From contig CP068257.2 in NCBI GenBank assembly GCA_009914755.4, positions 37,152,001 through 37,216,000 of the forward strand: a stretch of 64,000 bases of DNA, in the 5' to 3' direction. Shown here one piece after another: positions 1 through 16,842 of this stretch. The position numbers and the translations under genes are program-made. The stretch comes from the human T2T-CHM13v2.0 reference genome, Homo sapiens. The notes beneath the pieces are model-generated. The model was not told where the DNA came from. It saw only the letters and a list, made by a program, of their open reading frames with translations, and did not search any database. Each line of letters begins with the position of its first letter. Position 1 is the first letter of the stretch.

Positions 1-212
1 ATCTTAAAATTGCTGGAGATAAATCACAAAGAAAACCAAAAAGATCCAAAAAAAAAAAAGGAGTTAAAAGAGAAGATTTTATCTTCTTTCAGAGGATAAA
101 CAATCTCAAGATTCCATAATTCTTTGAATGTCTCAGAAAAACAAAATTCGTTCAAGCTACTTCAGATATTTGGAAGAACAAAATTAATTTTCCCCACCCA
201 GATGAATCATTC

Positions 213-450
213 TATCAGAGGTTCTCAACTGGGGGCGATTTTGCCCCCCACCCCCGGGGGACATTTGACAATGTCTGGAAACATCTTTGATTGTCACCAC
301 TGGGGGCAAACGGTGGGAGGATGTGCTGCTAGTCTTAGTAGGTGGAGGCCAGGGATGCTGCTCAACATCCTACAACGCACGGGACGACCCCCGCCACGGA
401 GAATGATCCGGCCTCAAATGCCAACAGTGCTGAGGCCGAGAAACTCTATG
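213..450 (+). mobile_element. MER5-like non-autonomous hAT (Charlie-type) DNA transposon fossil
   Basis: The characteristic internal sequence ggggcgattttgcccccc...gggggacatttgacaatgtctggaaacat...ggccagggatgctgctcaacatcctacaa...gccgagaaac matches my memory of the MER5A consensus. The family name is from recollection only. Confidence 0.5.
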
Positions 451-885
451 TGATACTTTCCTAAAGGGACTGCTTTCTGTTTCATTCTCTTATTTAATCA
501 ACTTCACAAACACATCAGAAACATAGGTCACATCCTTTTCTTGTGAATCTAAACCAGTCTAGCTTAAAACACCCTAACCTTCCTCCAAAACAAAATAGAA
601 GTGAACATTTTGTATGAGAGTGACTCACATGTAAAACTATGACGTGAGGATAAACAGTAATGCCCGAAACATACAGCAGGCCTTCCAGGCAGGCAAGAGA
701 TGACTTCAGACATTGGAGGGTAGGTCACGTCTCACGCAACAAATCCAGAAACCATCCTGCAACTCACAAGAAATCTGCTTGTAGCTTGAAAAGGATTCTG
801 AGCCAGGAGAACAAGGTTAAAATTATTTCCAACATAAAGGAAAGGAACAGGAACTTAGCCTCTTACGTGCTTAATCACCTAATAA

Positions 886-938
886 GACACACACACACTC
901 GCACACAAATCACACACACACATACACACACACACACT
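886..938. repeat. (CA)n dinucleotide microsatellite, imperfect
   Basis: acacacacactcgcacacaaatcacacacacacatacacacacacacac read directly. Confidence 0.9.
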
Positions 939-3900
939 TAAAATACTTATTTTGGATTCTTGTGAATAAAATCCAGCTCAAGTCTATGGGAAAAAAAAAT
1001 CATGGCCAGAAAAGTCTTTCCATTTTCACTGGGTACCAGCCAATAAATCTTAGCCTCTGATGCTCTACTGAATTCAGCTTCTCACTTTCCTACCCTGCTC
1101 CCATCCCACCCCCACACCGAATCAGCGCCAGCTCTGGATTTTACACTCGTAAGCTCAGCTCAGGCCCTGGTAGAGGTGGAGCATCTCATTGCCTTATTCA
1201 TACCTGCTTTGAAAGATATCCTTGTCTTACTCAGTTGGAAGCTCTATAAGCCCCCCATTAAGGCCAAAGAATGTGAAACATCACAAACAGCACAGCATCA
1301 TGTACATAAACTGTTTATTTAAGAGCGGGCAGTCATAGACTGTGGGTGATCCGGGAGATGCATCAGTAGATTTCCTGTGGCCTCAGAAAAATCCACGCAG
1401 TAACCGCAACAGAGAGATGACAAAGAGTCGGTTGCAGGAGGCCTCTGCCCAGGGAGGGTGGCCACCTACCCTGTGCAGTTCAGGCAGAGCACAAAGGCTC
1501 CTCCCAGGGCCCTGGGGAAGGCTGAATCCAGCCTGCCCCTGGCTTACCTAGCTTGGCCCTGGGCAGAGCACTTTTCCTCCACCCCTCACAGAGGCGCAGG
1601 TTACTTGTACCAGCCCGATGCAAATGCTTTGGTGAATGGGCTACCCTAAAACAGAGGATGATGAAGAACGATGGCCATTCCCAGAGTATAATGAGGGATT
1701 CCCTTTAAGTGAGCTTTGCTCTGCCTTCTGCGTTTTCATTAGAAACCAGAAAACTGCTGAGCCTAATTTGTGTTTAAGCCATCATAAACTAAATAATCAG
1801 TTCCTATTAATGACCCTAATTATTCAGCTCCTATTTTTAAATGCTGGTCTTTCAGCATGCTCTATGTGGGTGGTTTTAATTAAGCCTAATTGTAGATACG
1901 TCACATCCAAACAGACACCCTACTCAAATGATTAATAGAGCTTGGAATCTAGTTCACTAAATAGGGGTTTGCAATGGGATGATGGTGTCTATCAAGCTGA
2001 AACGTATCATATAAATTATTTCTCTGATAACTCTAATGGCAGAGAGAATTGTTTATTAGAGTCATTTAGGATTAGAGCCACCACTGGTCTCAGAAGCTAC
2101 ATTCTCAGAGCAGTTGTCAAGTTTGCTGAAAGATTGTTTTCTTAAATTAGCTCTAAGTTGGAATGTACTGGTTTTTCTTTTGCATTTATATTCCCAGAGG
2201 CCTTCTTCTTTAAAAGTGTCTTCTGACATGGCAAAATAACTATCATTTAAGAAGCACTAATCTTAACTAAAAACAAACAAACAACTCACCTTCAATGTAA
2301 AGACCGATTGCTCCTCTTTAGCCCTTCCCTAGAAATCAGCTTTTGATCACTGACCAAGCACTCTCAAGCTTCCGATTCCCCTAAATCTCACCTGATTTTC
2401 CAACACCTCTGAGAGCTTGACATTGCCACTTTTTACACATGAGAGGTGAGGATATCGAACCTCTGAAAGGTTATCTGATCAGCCTGGGATCTCCTGGGGC
2501 AGAGCTGGGCTTAAGAATCACCTGCTTGAGATTTCACCTGCAATTGCCTGACCCATGGGGCTGTGACTTCTTGGATTAAAGCATCATCCATGCACCTTGT
2601 CACTCTACATGGGCAGAGCAAGCCAACCTAGAAACCAATCAGGAGCCACCATAACAAACACAGCCGTGACTCAGCTCTCCACCTGCACACCTCCACCTGC
2701 CCATCAGTCCACACTGGACACTTAACACCCACAAAGGATTTGAAATTTTCCCAACGGCCTCTCACAGGACACATAAAAGCAAATACAAGCTGTCCTCAGT
2801 GCTGTGCTACAGAATACGTTATCCATTGGTTGATCACACAGATCCAGTGAAATATTGTCAGGGAGTTCATTTGAAAACTGTTGTTGCCATGATGTGCTTG
2901 TAGTGCCGTCTGTCAGAGCAGATATTGACCCATTCAAATCCAGCGGCATAAGACAAATGACCAATAGAGACAGTCGTTTCCAGGGTAGGGTCTCTATTAT
3001 TTTTAGCAAATTTTTCCCTGTAGGGTTATGTTTCGGATGCTTCAATGGGCAGATTAAGATGTACTGTGACAGTGATAGAGAATTAGCAGTGGATAGAATT
3101 GAAATTATGTCTCATTTCAGGTGTGGTCTTCACCAGGTCTCACTCATTGGCCTTAATTGTCAATTGAATTGAAAGGGGGTCCTTGCAGTCAAGGTCAGAA
3201 TTTGGGAGGCTCAGAAAATCAAGAGCTGATTGCTGTCCATGGACAGATGTGACCTTTAGGTGTTTGGCCACCCAGCCCAGTTGACTTGGATGAAATGTGT
3301 AGAGAGGCTAGAGCCACAGACTTTGGTTAAATTTATCTGATAGGATTCTGAATTCCTTCTGTGTTATCTTGAATTGCTTTGAGTTTTCTCAACACAGCTA
3401 TTTTGAATTCTCTGTCTCAAAGGTCACATATCTCTTTCTCCAGGATTGGTCACTGATGCCTTATTTAATTCATTTAGTGAGGTCATGTTTTCCTGGGTAG
3501 TGTTGATCTTGTAGATATTCTTTGGTGTCTGGGCCTTGAAGAGTTAGGTATTTATTGTATCTTCACTGTCTGGAGCCACAGACTTTGGAATCAGACACAC
3601 CTGATTATACATCTCAGCTCCTCCATTATTCACTCTGTGACTCCAGACATGTTACACCACCTCTCTGAGCTTCTAATTCCCTGCATCCATAAAACTAGAC
3701 AGTCATACTTAAATTATTGAATCATTGTAAGGTTTAAATTAATTAATGGAGACAAAACATCTTACTCATAATAAACACCAGTAGGTGTCAAAGGGAGAGA
3801 GTGTCTTTTTTATCTGAGCATTTGTACTGAAATGAGAACATTATGATAGCAGTGGATAGCAAAGTCAAAGTAACCATAATTTTTAAATATCCCCTAATGA

Positions 3901-4164
3901 ACTGACCATGTAGAGAAATAGTTGACACTCAAACCCCCTTCACATCTACCATCAGCCTTAATGGTAGTCTATTGGGTCAATGTCTATGCCAGTCTTAGTA
4001 ACAAATGAAAATTGAAAACACTGCAAATACAGTGCAAACTGATGACAACATGAAACTCCAAATCTTGCCTATGATATAAGGTTCCCTGAAGTTAAAGAAA
4101 GTGATGGAGGAACTACCATGATTGTTCAGTGTGCAGTGAAAGCTGATGTTACTGTAATAATCTA

Positions 4165-4525
<361 letters not shown>

Positions 4526-7500
4526 TCAAGACAAAGTTTCAGCTGTCACACTGCCCTTGTTGGTTCTGTGAAATCATGTTCCCCATTTTAAGTAAATTCA
4601 CTTTTCAGTAAAAATTACTCTTTGAAGACAGAGGTCTATGTATATACAAACTTACATGTGTCATTTCACAGAATAAGGAAGAAATGGTTTCACAAATTAT
4701 ATTGCATCAATGTGAACTCTCTTTGGGCACAAACACAGGATAAACATCTGTCAGATAGGATTAAAGTGCCTGTGTGCCACTGAGGAATGGGATGAAGAGA
4801 GAAGGAAGATAATAAGAAGAGAAGGCAAGAAGAAGAAGAATCAAACAGACAGAAATGGAACTTCCCTCAAAGGTGGTGCAGACCTGCCTGGGGCCCCTGA
4901 GAGCAGGAAGGCTTTCCTCCTGAATCCAGCAGAGCTCTTCTCACCACGTGGCCAGAGTCTGCCTTCTGCATGAATGTCATTGCCTAAGTGACTTCGAGAT
5001 GCAGATGGAGCGTGGTTTCACCCTCAGTCTCTCCTCCTCTGGTTCACGCCCATGTCTGATTCCTGGGCATCGCTTTGCCTCAGAAAGCCACCTCCAGTCT
5101 TTCCCACCCACTTCCAATTTGCCCTTGCCCCTTCCTCCAAGCCAAGGCAGTGGTTGTATAAACATAGCTGTATGTACAACACTCAGCTTTTACACTGGTC
5201 TCCATTGAATGAGTAATCGCATTACCAACCTTCTAAGCAAGTCGGCTCCCTCAGGACTGCCGTCTTCCAGCCCTCGTAGTACGAAAATGATTCATTAGTC
5301 CCTTCATCACAATAACATGAGTCACATGTTATGAAAAGCTAGGAGGATGTATTTTGTGTACACTGAAATCTAAGGTTTGCAAATTTCTGCAATTTAACTT
5401 TATTGAGGAGGGAGTGGGGTAGAAATGAATTCCACATTTTTTCTAAGTACGAAAACCCACATCAGGCAACATCTGCTTAAGTCAGTCTCCAAGGACTCAA
5501 TGTAAACGGTTGTTGATATAAATAGATGTGTTTTTAAGCAAAGACAGATGTCCCAGCCCCAAATGTTAAGAAAACAATTAAGTTCAAAGACATGTTGGTT
5601 TTCATTTCTTTCCCAATAGGTGAATCTTCACTGGGCTATGACAATGAGGGGTGGAAGAGAGAACACTGTGTTTCCCTGTGGAAAGGTGTGTTGTGCCGTG
5701 GGTGGCAGGTGTGAGCTGCACACATGCAGGATGGCGTCCGCTTGCCTCCCTAGTGTTGCTCGAGAGGCCTGGGTCATGACGCCTTCCCTTACTCATGCAT
5801 TCTCACGGCACTTGCTGATTTATTTGAAGACTCCCCTATTCAGAACTCCTCAGAATATTATTTCAGGGAATACTAAGTGGGAGGCATTAGGAAATAAGTC
5901 CCCGGAATTTGGGGGTCCATGGGAGAAGAAACTAGAAGCCAGCAGGACTCTGGAGCAAGAGTGGGCTATGGGACAATGGTCCTCAGTAGGAACGGGCCTG
6001 CATCTCGTTCTCCCAGAGCAAGGATCTGAAATCCAAAAGATGATCAACAAATCTGCATTTCGGCAGGAGGAACATTCCCAGTGAGCTTATCAGGAAAGCT
6101 AGCACCAGGCACAAAGGGTCATTTCTACACAGAGAAATTCACATTGTTTGTGTCAGGCACTTTGCCAGAAAGCATTTTGACAAATTCCCTCGTTGAATGT
6201 GAGGGATGCAATGAAGAATTTAAAGTTTCGCAGGAATTAGTGACATAAGGCAAGTTCACATTTTGACCATACCACCCTTTACATGGTAGAAAATTCTACC
6301 CCATATGCCCAAAGCAGGTCTTCCCTTCCTTCTGAGAAGCCGAGGCAAAGACCTTCCTGGCCTTTGGGCCAAGCTTTCCCAGGAAGGGAAGGAAACTGTA
6401 GCTGCTTTGGAGGGTTCCTCGGACTAAATTGGGGGTGCCAATGCTAGAAGATAACACAGGCTGGCAGGCCACTCCCCGCCCCAGGCCCCAGCCAGAGCAT
6501 CCCAGGCTCCATCCCAGGCCCCATCCTAGGCTCTGTGGTACAGGCAGGGGGAGGATGGCTAGTACCCTTCACCCCGAGGGCATGGCCGCCTTTCTGACAT
6601 CACCTGGGAGGGGGCACCCCGGCTGGCCGAGGTTTAAGGTAGAAAAGCCTAGCTCCTTTGTTGTTTGTCATGAAGCCAAATGATCTGGAACTTGGTTCTT
6701 TCTCAAATGGTCAGAAAAAAATGTCAAAACAAAGCCCCCATCACAAATCACCTCAGGACACATGTCACACTCTTCCCGGGCCTGAGCACTATTAGTGATT
6801 AGAAACGACCACTCAGTTGTGAGCACACAGGCTGGGCAGGCTGTCAGAAGTTGCAAAAGCCGTCACTGGTTGTGTCAGGCGGATACCAGAATCAGTCAGC
6901 GATCTCAAAGTCTGGTGTCCATGCTGCCAGACATCTGTGAGTATTAGGATAAAATGTCATATTAATCAGACATTCACATGAGGCCACAAGCAACGCTTGG
7001 CATTTGTAGATGTAGTGTAGATAGATAAGCCACCCCATACTCTCTTCCTGGACACACAGGAGGACCACCTTTCCAAGCCTCCTTTTCCTCCCATTGGGTT
7101 CTGGTGAGAGGTGTGTGGGCAGAGGTGATGGGAGTCCTGTAGACTTGGCCATAAAGCACTCTGAGTGATCTTTGACACACCTTCTTCCCCTTCTGTGACA
7201 ACCCTGGAGGCTGTGTATTGACCATGGTGGCTTCACAAGACGTAAGGAGACTAGATCCCTGGGTTATCACATGGAGAAGAACCCAGCAGAGCTGCTCAGG
7301 CTGTATTGGAATGGGGATGAGGGGAAGCAAACCTTTGTGACATTACAACACTGAGATTAGGAGATTGTTAGCGCAGCTAGCATTTACTATTCTGATGCAT
7401 GCACCTTGTTTCTGGGAAGTACGGATGGATACCACCAAGCAAGGTGCTTTGAAGTAGTTCGTTTATTGGCATTTTCCAGACCAAGTGTATAGTTTAAAAT

Positions 7501-8339
7501 CAGTCCCCCAAAAAATCACAGTTGGGAAGAGAAAGAGAAGCCCGAGAATGAAAGGAGTATGATGCTGCTCACTTTGGGACCGAGTGCCATTAGATTCCTA
7601 GAGTAACAAGAAACTGAAAGGATTACTCAGTTCATTCTCTAATTCTGAGCATAGCTGTGCCCAGATCATCCTTGAGGGACAGTCTGTTCCCTGTTCCCAA
7701 ATGCAGCCAAGCATGAAATTCCACAGCCCAGACTAGTAATTTAGTGACTCGAAACCCGGGCCCCGGGAGCTCTTTCTGAGGGCCAATCCAAGCCCCTTGC
7801 TGGGCTGTATCTTGCTCCCATTTCTCCTTTTCCCTGAGGAAACAGACTGTTGCTTACAATTTTGATATGGTGTGTCTGCATTTATTTGATTACTAACATC
7901 ATATGAATTCCCCATCACTCTTTATTCTTGAAGTAAAATAATGCATTTCCCTTAAATTTATTTAATCCATCCAGCAATTCCTGACTATGCAGCCAGCTCT
8001 ACTCCAGGGAAGAGAAGGCTCAGTCTCTCCCTTCAAAGAGGTAAGATAGACACATTAAAAAGTTAACAGGATATTGTTACATGTTACAATGAATGGGAAG
8101 GACCTTGTGAAGAAGAAGACATGAGCTCCAATCTGGAGGGCTTCCCAGAGGAAGTGGGCTTCCAGGGGCCCTGAAAGATGCTAAGAACTTAGAAGAGTCA
8201 AGAGAGAAGTTAGGACATTAGGAGAGAATTCTAGAGGCCAGGATGAATGTGGGGAAGGATGGCGAGAAAACCAGCTTGGTTGGAGTAGAAACTTCCACTG
8301 GGGAATGGACAAGAAGGGCTCGAGGGGAAGAAGAGTAAG

Positions 8340-8835
8340 AGCCAGTCTTGGAGGGTGTGGTAGGTGGAATAATGGCCCTCCAAGGGTATCCAAGTCCTAA
8401 TCCCTGAAACCTGTAAATATGTGGCCTTACATGGTCAAAGGGACTTTGCAGATGTGATTAAATGCAGGACCTCGAGGTGGGGAGATGATCCTAGATTATT
8501 CAGATGTTCCCAAAATGTAATCACAAGCATCTTTAGAAGGGAGAGACAAGTCTCAGACTCAAAGAGAGAGATGAGGTAATGAAAGCAGAGGTTGGGGAGA
8601 GAGAGTTCAAGATGCTATACTGCTTGAAGATGAAGGGGGGCCCTGAGCCAAAGGATGCAGGTACCTGTAGAAGCTGGGAAGGGCAAAGAAATGAATTCTC
8701 TGCTGGAGCCTCCAGAAGGCATGCAGCCTTGCAGATACCTTGCTTTTAGGAATTCTGACCTCTAAAATTGTAAGATCATATATTTGTGTTGTTTTAAACC
8801 ACTATGCTTGTTGTCATTTGTTACCATGGCCAGAA
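8340..8835 (+). mobile_element. MaLR (ERVL-MaLR, MLT1/MST-like) solo LTR
   Basis: It ends with the MaLR-typical ...cctccagaa...ctgtaagat...tgtgttgttttaaaccactatgcttgttgtcatttgttaccatggc. The body is similar to MLT1/MST consensus as recalled. Confidence 0.5.
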
Positions 8836-10029
8836 GAAATGAATGCAGACAATTTCAAATTTGAAGCTGATGAGACTTTAACCTGCCAAAAAATCAGAGT
8901 CTTGGACTCAGAAGGTCTTTCAACAGAGTCATGAAATCAGTCATTCTTCATGTGTGTGTAGTGTGAGCTCTCCTTAAGTGCCACAAAACACATCCTTGCC
9001 CATATTGGTCCCCAAGAACCCCAGCGTGGATGACAGTGCATCACACAGATGAAACTGGTAGAGTATTTTCTGGATGAATGAGCAAATAAGCAGTAAATGC
9101 TGCAATCTCTCTCTGGTTGAAGTCCTCAATTCCTCTTGCCTGAACCATTTCAATATCCACCTCATAAGCCTCCAGGCTCCAATCTTGTCTCCATTCCAAC
9201 CTGCTGCCAGGGTCTTCCTCTCATGCAAGTGGTTATGTACATTTCATCCAAATAAAATTCAAATTCCTTAAAATAGCATATAGCTCTTTTTGGCTTCCCT
9301 GGGCAACATCAGAAGAAGAATTGTCTTGGATCACACATAAAATATATTAACACTAACAACGGCTGATGAGCTAAAAAAAAAATAGTCACACAAAAAAATA
9401 TCATAATATCTTAAAAAAGTATTGGGCCACATGTGGTCTGTGTGCTGTGGGTTGGACAAGCTTGGTCGAAAGCCTTCTATGGCCTCAGTCTATCACTCAA
9501 GCAGAAACCACCAACACCCACATGCTTTCCTGTCTGCGTTGGCAGAACTTCACTATTAAGTTGCCCTCTCTAATATGACTTTACTATTCTAAGAAATCGT
9601 TGCCCAGGAAATAAAAGTTACTAATTGTATTGTTTCAGGAACTTCCCAGAAAAACTAATTTAAGTGATTATCAAACTACTCAACTCTTCAATAACTAGTA
9701 TCAAGGATTATTTACTCTCCAATACACTTCTGAGAACCCTGCCTTAAAACCCTCACCTTGCTGTCTTCACCAATCCTGAACCATTATATCATGATCCTTA
9801 ATCCTATTCAAACTTCTTTCCCCATTGAAAGACCTGCCAAACCCCCTAAACCTTACAAATAGCCCAACTTTGTCATACTCACAGAAAATACTATGCAGAC
9901 TTTGTTGAGATAGTTGTGTTGCTTACCATGGGAAGCAGTAAACTCAGCTTTGCCTGACCAGCAGGTTGTTGGGGTGATGTTTTTGGGGAGTCAGTACTGG
10001 ACACCTAAGTAAACTTGTTACTTCATGCT

Positions 10030-10960
10030 TCCCTCTTCTAGAAGGCAGAATAATGGCTGTCCAAAGATGTCCACATCTTAATCTTAGGAACCTGTAAATA
10101 TATTTCCTTACATAGCAAGGGGGAATTAAGGTAGCAGATAGATTTAATGTTGCTAATCGGCTGACTTTGAAATGATGAGATCATTGATACAGCTTGAATA
10201 TATGTCCCTGTCAAATCTCATGTTGAATTGTAATCCCCAGTGTTGGAAATGGGGCCTGGTGGGAGGTGATTGGGTCATGGGGGCGGATCCTTCATGGCTT
10301 GGTGCTGTTGTGATAATGAGTGAATTCTCAGGAGATCTGGTATTTAAGTGTGTGGCACCTTCCCCCTACTTGCTCTCTCTTGCCCTCATTCTCACCATAT
10401 GAGATGCCTGCTCCATCTTCTTCCACCCTGATTGGAAGCTTCCTGAGGCCTCCCCAGAAGCCAACCAGATACAGTCACTATGCTTCCTACATAGCCTGCA
10501 GAACCGTGAGCCAAATAAACCTCTTTTCTTTATAAATTACCCAGGCTTAGGTATTTCTTTAGAGCAATGCAAGAATGGCCTAATACAATTATCCTAGATT
10601 CTCCAGGTGGGAACCCATGTAAACACAAGGATCTTTACATGTGGAAGGGGGAAACTGAAAGAGTCAGTGTCAAATCGATGAGATGCAGGAAAGACTCAAC
10701 CAACCGTTGCTGGCATTGAAGATGGAGGATGGGGCCACAAGCCAAGGAATGGGCAGCCTTAGAAGCTGAAAAAGGCAAGAAATGCATTTCTACCTGGAGC
10801 CTCCAGAAAGGAATGCAACCCTGCCAACACCTAGATTTTAGCCTGGCAAGATCTGTATTAGACCTCTGACCTCCAGAACTGTAAGATAATCTTGTGTTGT
10901 TTTAACCCAGCAAATGTCTGTTCATTTGTTTTGGCAGCAGTAGAAAACCAGCATATCTCT
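10030..10960 (+). mobile_element. Older MaLR LTR interrupted by a nested THE1/MST-like LTR at 10183-10592
   Basis: The outer element ends ...gacctctgacctccagaactgtaagataatcttgtgttgttttaacccagcaaatgtctgttcatttgttttggcagcag. The inner block atatgtccctgtcaaatctcatgttgaattgtaatccccagtgttgg...ggtgattgggtcatgggggcgg...aaataaacctcttttctttataaattacccaggcttaggtatttctttagagcaatgcaagaatggcctaataca closely resembles the THE1/MST LTR consensus. Confidence 0.55.
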
Positions 10961-11022
10961 CCTTGCTGATGCTCCTTTCTCCATCTGAAATCTCAATCTG
11001 ATCTCACTCTTCTGCCTGTTGA

Positions 11023-11436
<414 letters not shown>

Positions 11437-12378
11437 TGTTCTCCTTTATTTTATACGATCACATTTACTAGGGTATGTAGCGTATATCTTCTATGTCTTA
11501 TAAATAACTTTTGCACAGCTGAATGGTAAAGATTTGTCTATTCTTTCAATGTAACCATACCATTATCCCTTTAGCTAGCTAAATAACATCCATGGTGGGT
11601 ACAGAAGTATCCTGACAGAAGTCATGTATTTGAGGAATGAAATGTAAGTTCTTCATTAATTAAGGCTGGGAGAATCTTCCTCTTTTGGAAACTAATATAT
11701 CAACTTGAAAGTCAATTCTAATAAGAAGGTTGAAAGAATGATATGGAAAGGAATTTGTGAATAATAGAAAAGAAATGAAAAGAACACTTTCTGTAAGGCT
11801 AGCTTCTCCACTGGGCATCAGGGCTGTTGCTTTGAGCCTATAGCTTTTCTAGCGCCTATGAAAATATTTGAAAGCCTAGACAAGAAAGAAACATCAGGAA
11901 GTTAAAATAGGTTCATCAAATGTCTACAAAATGTAACCTTATCTCAACTCATTAACTGAATTTTGCATACATACAAATTCCATTACATTTGCAAAAAATG
12001 TGTAAGTTTGTTTTTCTCACTTCATCAGAATTCAGAATTCTCAAGCATGCACCAGGAACGAAAATAACTACTTTTCGCCAACTAATTTTGAAAGCAATGT
12101 TTTCTCTTAATTGTTTCAAATTACTTTACATTTGAAAATATTTAAGATGAGAAGTAGATGCATTTTAACATATGTGATGGAATGTATCATGGAGCCTCCA
12201 AAATTGAGAGACCCTACAGCCTACCCAGAGCTTAAAGCAGCCCCGTTAGTTACTGGGCAGAAAGGAATGGGGTGTGGCTGACAGGTAATGTGGATGATGG
12301 TGGTAATAACAGTGACTCATATTCCTTGCACACTTACCATGTGTCCTTTATTTCTTACATCATTTTTTAAAAATTGAG

Positions 12379-12749
<371 letters not shown>

Positions 12750-13096
12750 CTACCACCTATCTCTAGTTTCCAGTCTTTTTCATCACCCCAGAAAAATTCC
12801 CCATAACTGTCAAACAAGAACTCTCCACTCCTTCCTCCCTTCAGCCCCTGGAAACCACCAATCTGCTTTCTGTTTCTATAGATGTGCCTATTCTGGACAT
12901 TTCATATAAACAGAATCATACAAGTGACTTTCTGTTTCTGACTTCTTTCACTTTGCATGTTTTCAAGGTTCATCCATGTCGTAACATATGTCAGTTCTTC
13001 CCTCATTTTTTGGCTGAATAATATTTTGTTGTGTGTATTTTGGGCTACTATGAATAATTCTGCTGTGAACATTTGTATACATGTTTCTGTATGGGC

Positions 13097-13404
13097 TTTT
13101 TTTTTTTTTTTTTTTTTTTTTGAGACAGGGTCTCACTCTGTCACCCAGGCTCTGGAGTGCAGTGGTGCAATCATGGCTCACTGCAGCCTTGAACTCCTGG
13201 GCTCAAGTGATCCTCCCACCTTGGCCTCCCAAGCTGCTGGGACTACAGGCATGTGCCACCATACCCAGCTAATTTTTGTATTTTTTGTAGAGACAAGGTT
13301 TTGCCACGTTGTCCAGGCTGGTTTTAAACCCCTGAGCCAAGAGATCCACCTGCCTCAGCTTCCCAAAGAGCTGGGATTACAGCCTCGAGCCACTACTCCC
13401 AGCC
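13097..13404 (-). mobile_element. Alu SINE with long poly-T (A-tail on minus strand)
   Basis: (T)~30 followed by gagacagggtctcactctgtcacccaggctctggagtgcagtgg...gagccactactcccagcc. Confidence 0.95.
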
Positions 13405-14354
13405 ACATTTTGATTTCTCTTAAGTATACACACTGGGAGTGAGACTGCTGGATCATATGATAAGTCTGTGCTTAACTTTTTGAGGAATGATTCCTTTCAT
13501 CTTTTCAACAGCAATATGGGAATTGGAAATCAGTGTGATCATGTGCCCAAGGTGACACTCCCATAAGAGGTGGAGTGGAATTTACAGTCAAGCCATTCTG
13601 ATTCAGAGCCCCTGTCCTTGCACTCAGTCAAGATGTCTCGTTAGTGTACATGAAATAGAGACAGTGGTGGGAGCTGAGGGCTGCACGCAGGGCACAACAA
13701 GAGGTAGAGGCTAGCAAGCGTAGGATGTGCTCAGGTGCATTCAGAATCGAGGACTATGAGGGTGGACAGGGGCCAGATTCTTGAGAATCCTGAAGGACAG
13801 CAGAGTAGGAAGCCATGGCTCCAAAGTCAGGCAGCCAGAAGTAGATGGGCTTTGAGGACCAATGGTGCCAGGGTGTGTCATTGGGACCTTCTAGGAACTC
13901 AGGTAAAAAATGATGGCCAAGAGTAGGCAATGTTAGAGAGTTCATCCTCAGGCACAGACAGGGCAAAGTGTGCAGCACCGTGGACTGCCTTTGTGACTTT
14001 TATGATTAGATTGAGAGAATCACCACCTCTTAGCAGAGAGAGCAACAAACAATGCAAACAATGCAAACACAGACACACAAAGAAGGAGAAACAATAGCCC
14101 TCATCACCACAGCCCTAGTGGTGGCAGCAACTAAGGAAATTATATAGAGAAGTTGGAGGAGCCTGTGCAACCAGCAAACAGAAATGTTGTGAACCCATTG
14201 AGATGTATGGACTTTCCCTGACATGCTACCAAAAGTTTGTCATTTTAGGAGCCCTGAAGACTTCTTGAAGATCTGATGTGCAGGCCTAGATCTCAAGCTT
14301 ATTTATTTTTCTGTTCTTCTTCTTGCATATTAAGATGGATGCTTTTCTTATTAA

Positions 14355-14739
<385 letters not shown>

Positions 14740-15329
14740 TCCTTTTTCATATTTAGTATTTTCCTAATCATTCAGTTGTAAATATTTTAATGTCCATTAT
14801 GATTTCTTCTTCCACCTTTTGTTTTGATTATCTATTGCTGCATTCCAAAAAAAAAAAATTAGCTTAAAATGACAATCATTTCATTCTATCTCATGATATT
14901 GTGGGTCATGAATTGGGACAGGTTTCAGCTGGATGATTCTCCTGCTCTTCTGAACATTAACTAAGGGAACTAGTGATCTTCAGCTGGTAGATGGGCTGGT
15001 CTGGAGGGTCCAAGGACTTTCACTCACATGTTGGCATCTGGGTGCAGATGGCTGGATGGCATGCTCAGTGAGACTGCTGGACAGTGGCTACCTCTGGCCT
15101 CTGCAGCTTGGCAGGCTCAGGATGGTTGGACCAACTCAAAGCAGCTCAGATCCCCAGAGAGAGAGGAACTGGCCAGTCTGGGAATTGAATCTAGAAATTA
15201 GCAAAGCACAATTCCACCATAGTCTGTTGCTTGAAGCAACACAGAAAGGTCTCCCAGATCATTGGAAGGCACACAGCTCCTGCTGCTGAATGGGAATAGT
15301 GGAAAAATATTTCTGATCATTCTTTTTGG

Positions 15330-16032
<703 letters not shown>

Positions 16033-16531
16033 CATAATTATCTTTGTTAAACTTCAATCACATGGGTTTCTAATTTAATAGCATGGCGACTACAGAATGT
16101 GGTCTGTCATGTATCAAGCATTTGAAATTGGTTGAGCCTTCCGTTTTAGCCTTTATGTATGTGTAAGATATTGGAAAATATTCTTGGTAAAATTGACCAG
16201 AAGATGTATTCTACAGTCACTGTTTAAGAAACAAGTGAAAATGGTGGTTAAAATAACCAAAACAACTAAACGTGTGTGGAAATAAACAAAGACTACCCAA
16301 AGGAGAGCAGGCAGAGGCGATCCATTCAGAGCTTGCTGTAGCATAGGAGTCAGACACTGTCACTTGTGTTTGGCAGAAACTCAAATCAGGCTGTTGATCA
16401 AGTTTTTATCATGAGGGCAGGTTTCAAGACTGCCATTCATTTTTCACTGATAGTTTACTTTGGGCTTACCAGGAAAATCAGTCACTGTTAACCAATCATT
16501 GGTTTCTATGTAAATCAAAATATTAACAATT

Positions 16532-16842
16532 GCCCAAGTGCAGTAGCTCACACCTTCAACCCCAGCACTTTGGGAGCCTGAGGCAAACAAATTGCTTGAG
16601 CCCGGGAGTTCAAGAGCAGCCTGGGCAACATGGCAAACCCCACCTCTAAAAAAATACAAAAATTAGCCTGGCATAGTGGCATGCACCTGTAGTCCCAGCT
16701 TCTCGGGAGGTTGAGGTAAGAGGATGGCTTGAGCCTGGGAGGTCAAGGCTGTAGTGAGCCATGTTCATACGACTGAACTCCAGCCTGGGTGGCAAAGGGA
16801 GACCCTGTCTTAAAACAAACAACAACAAAAAACAGTCTCTAT
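16532..16842 (+). mobile_element. Alu SINE, more diverged, with (CAA)n/(A)n tail
   Basis: gcccaagtgcagtagctcacaccttcaaccccagcactttgggagcctgaggc...cctgtcttaaaacaaacaacaacaaaaaac. Confidence 0.9.

Noticed and set aside
5620-6084. 154-aa ORF on the plus strand
   Set aside because: It has no recognisable family and no splice or promoter context. It is a chance-level ORF length for a 64-kb window read in six frames.
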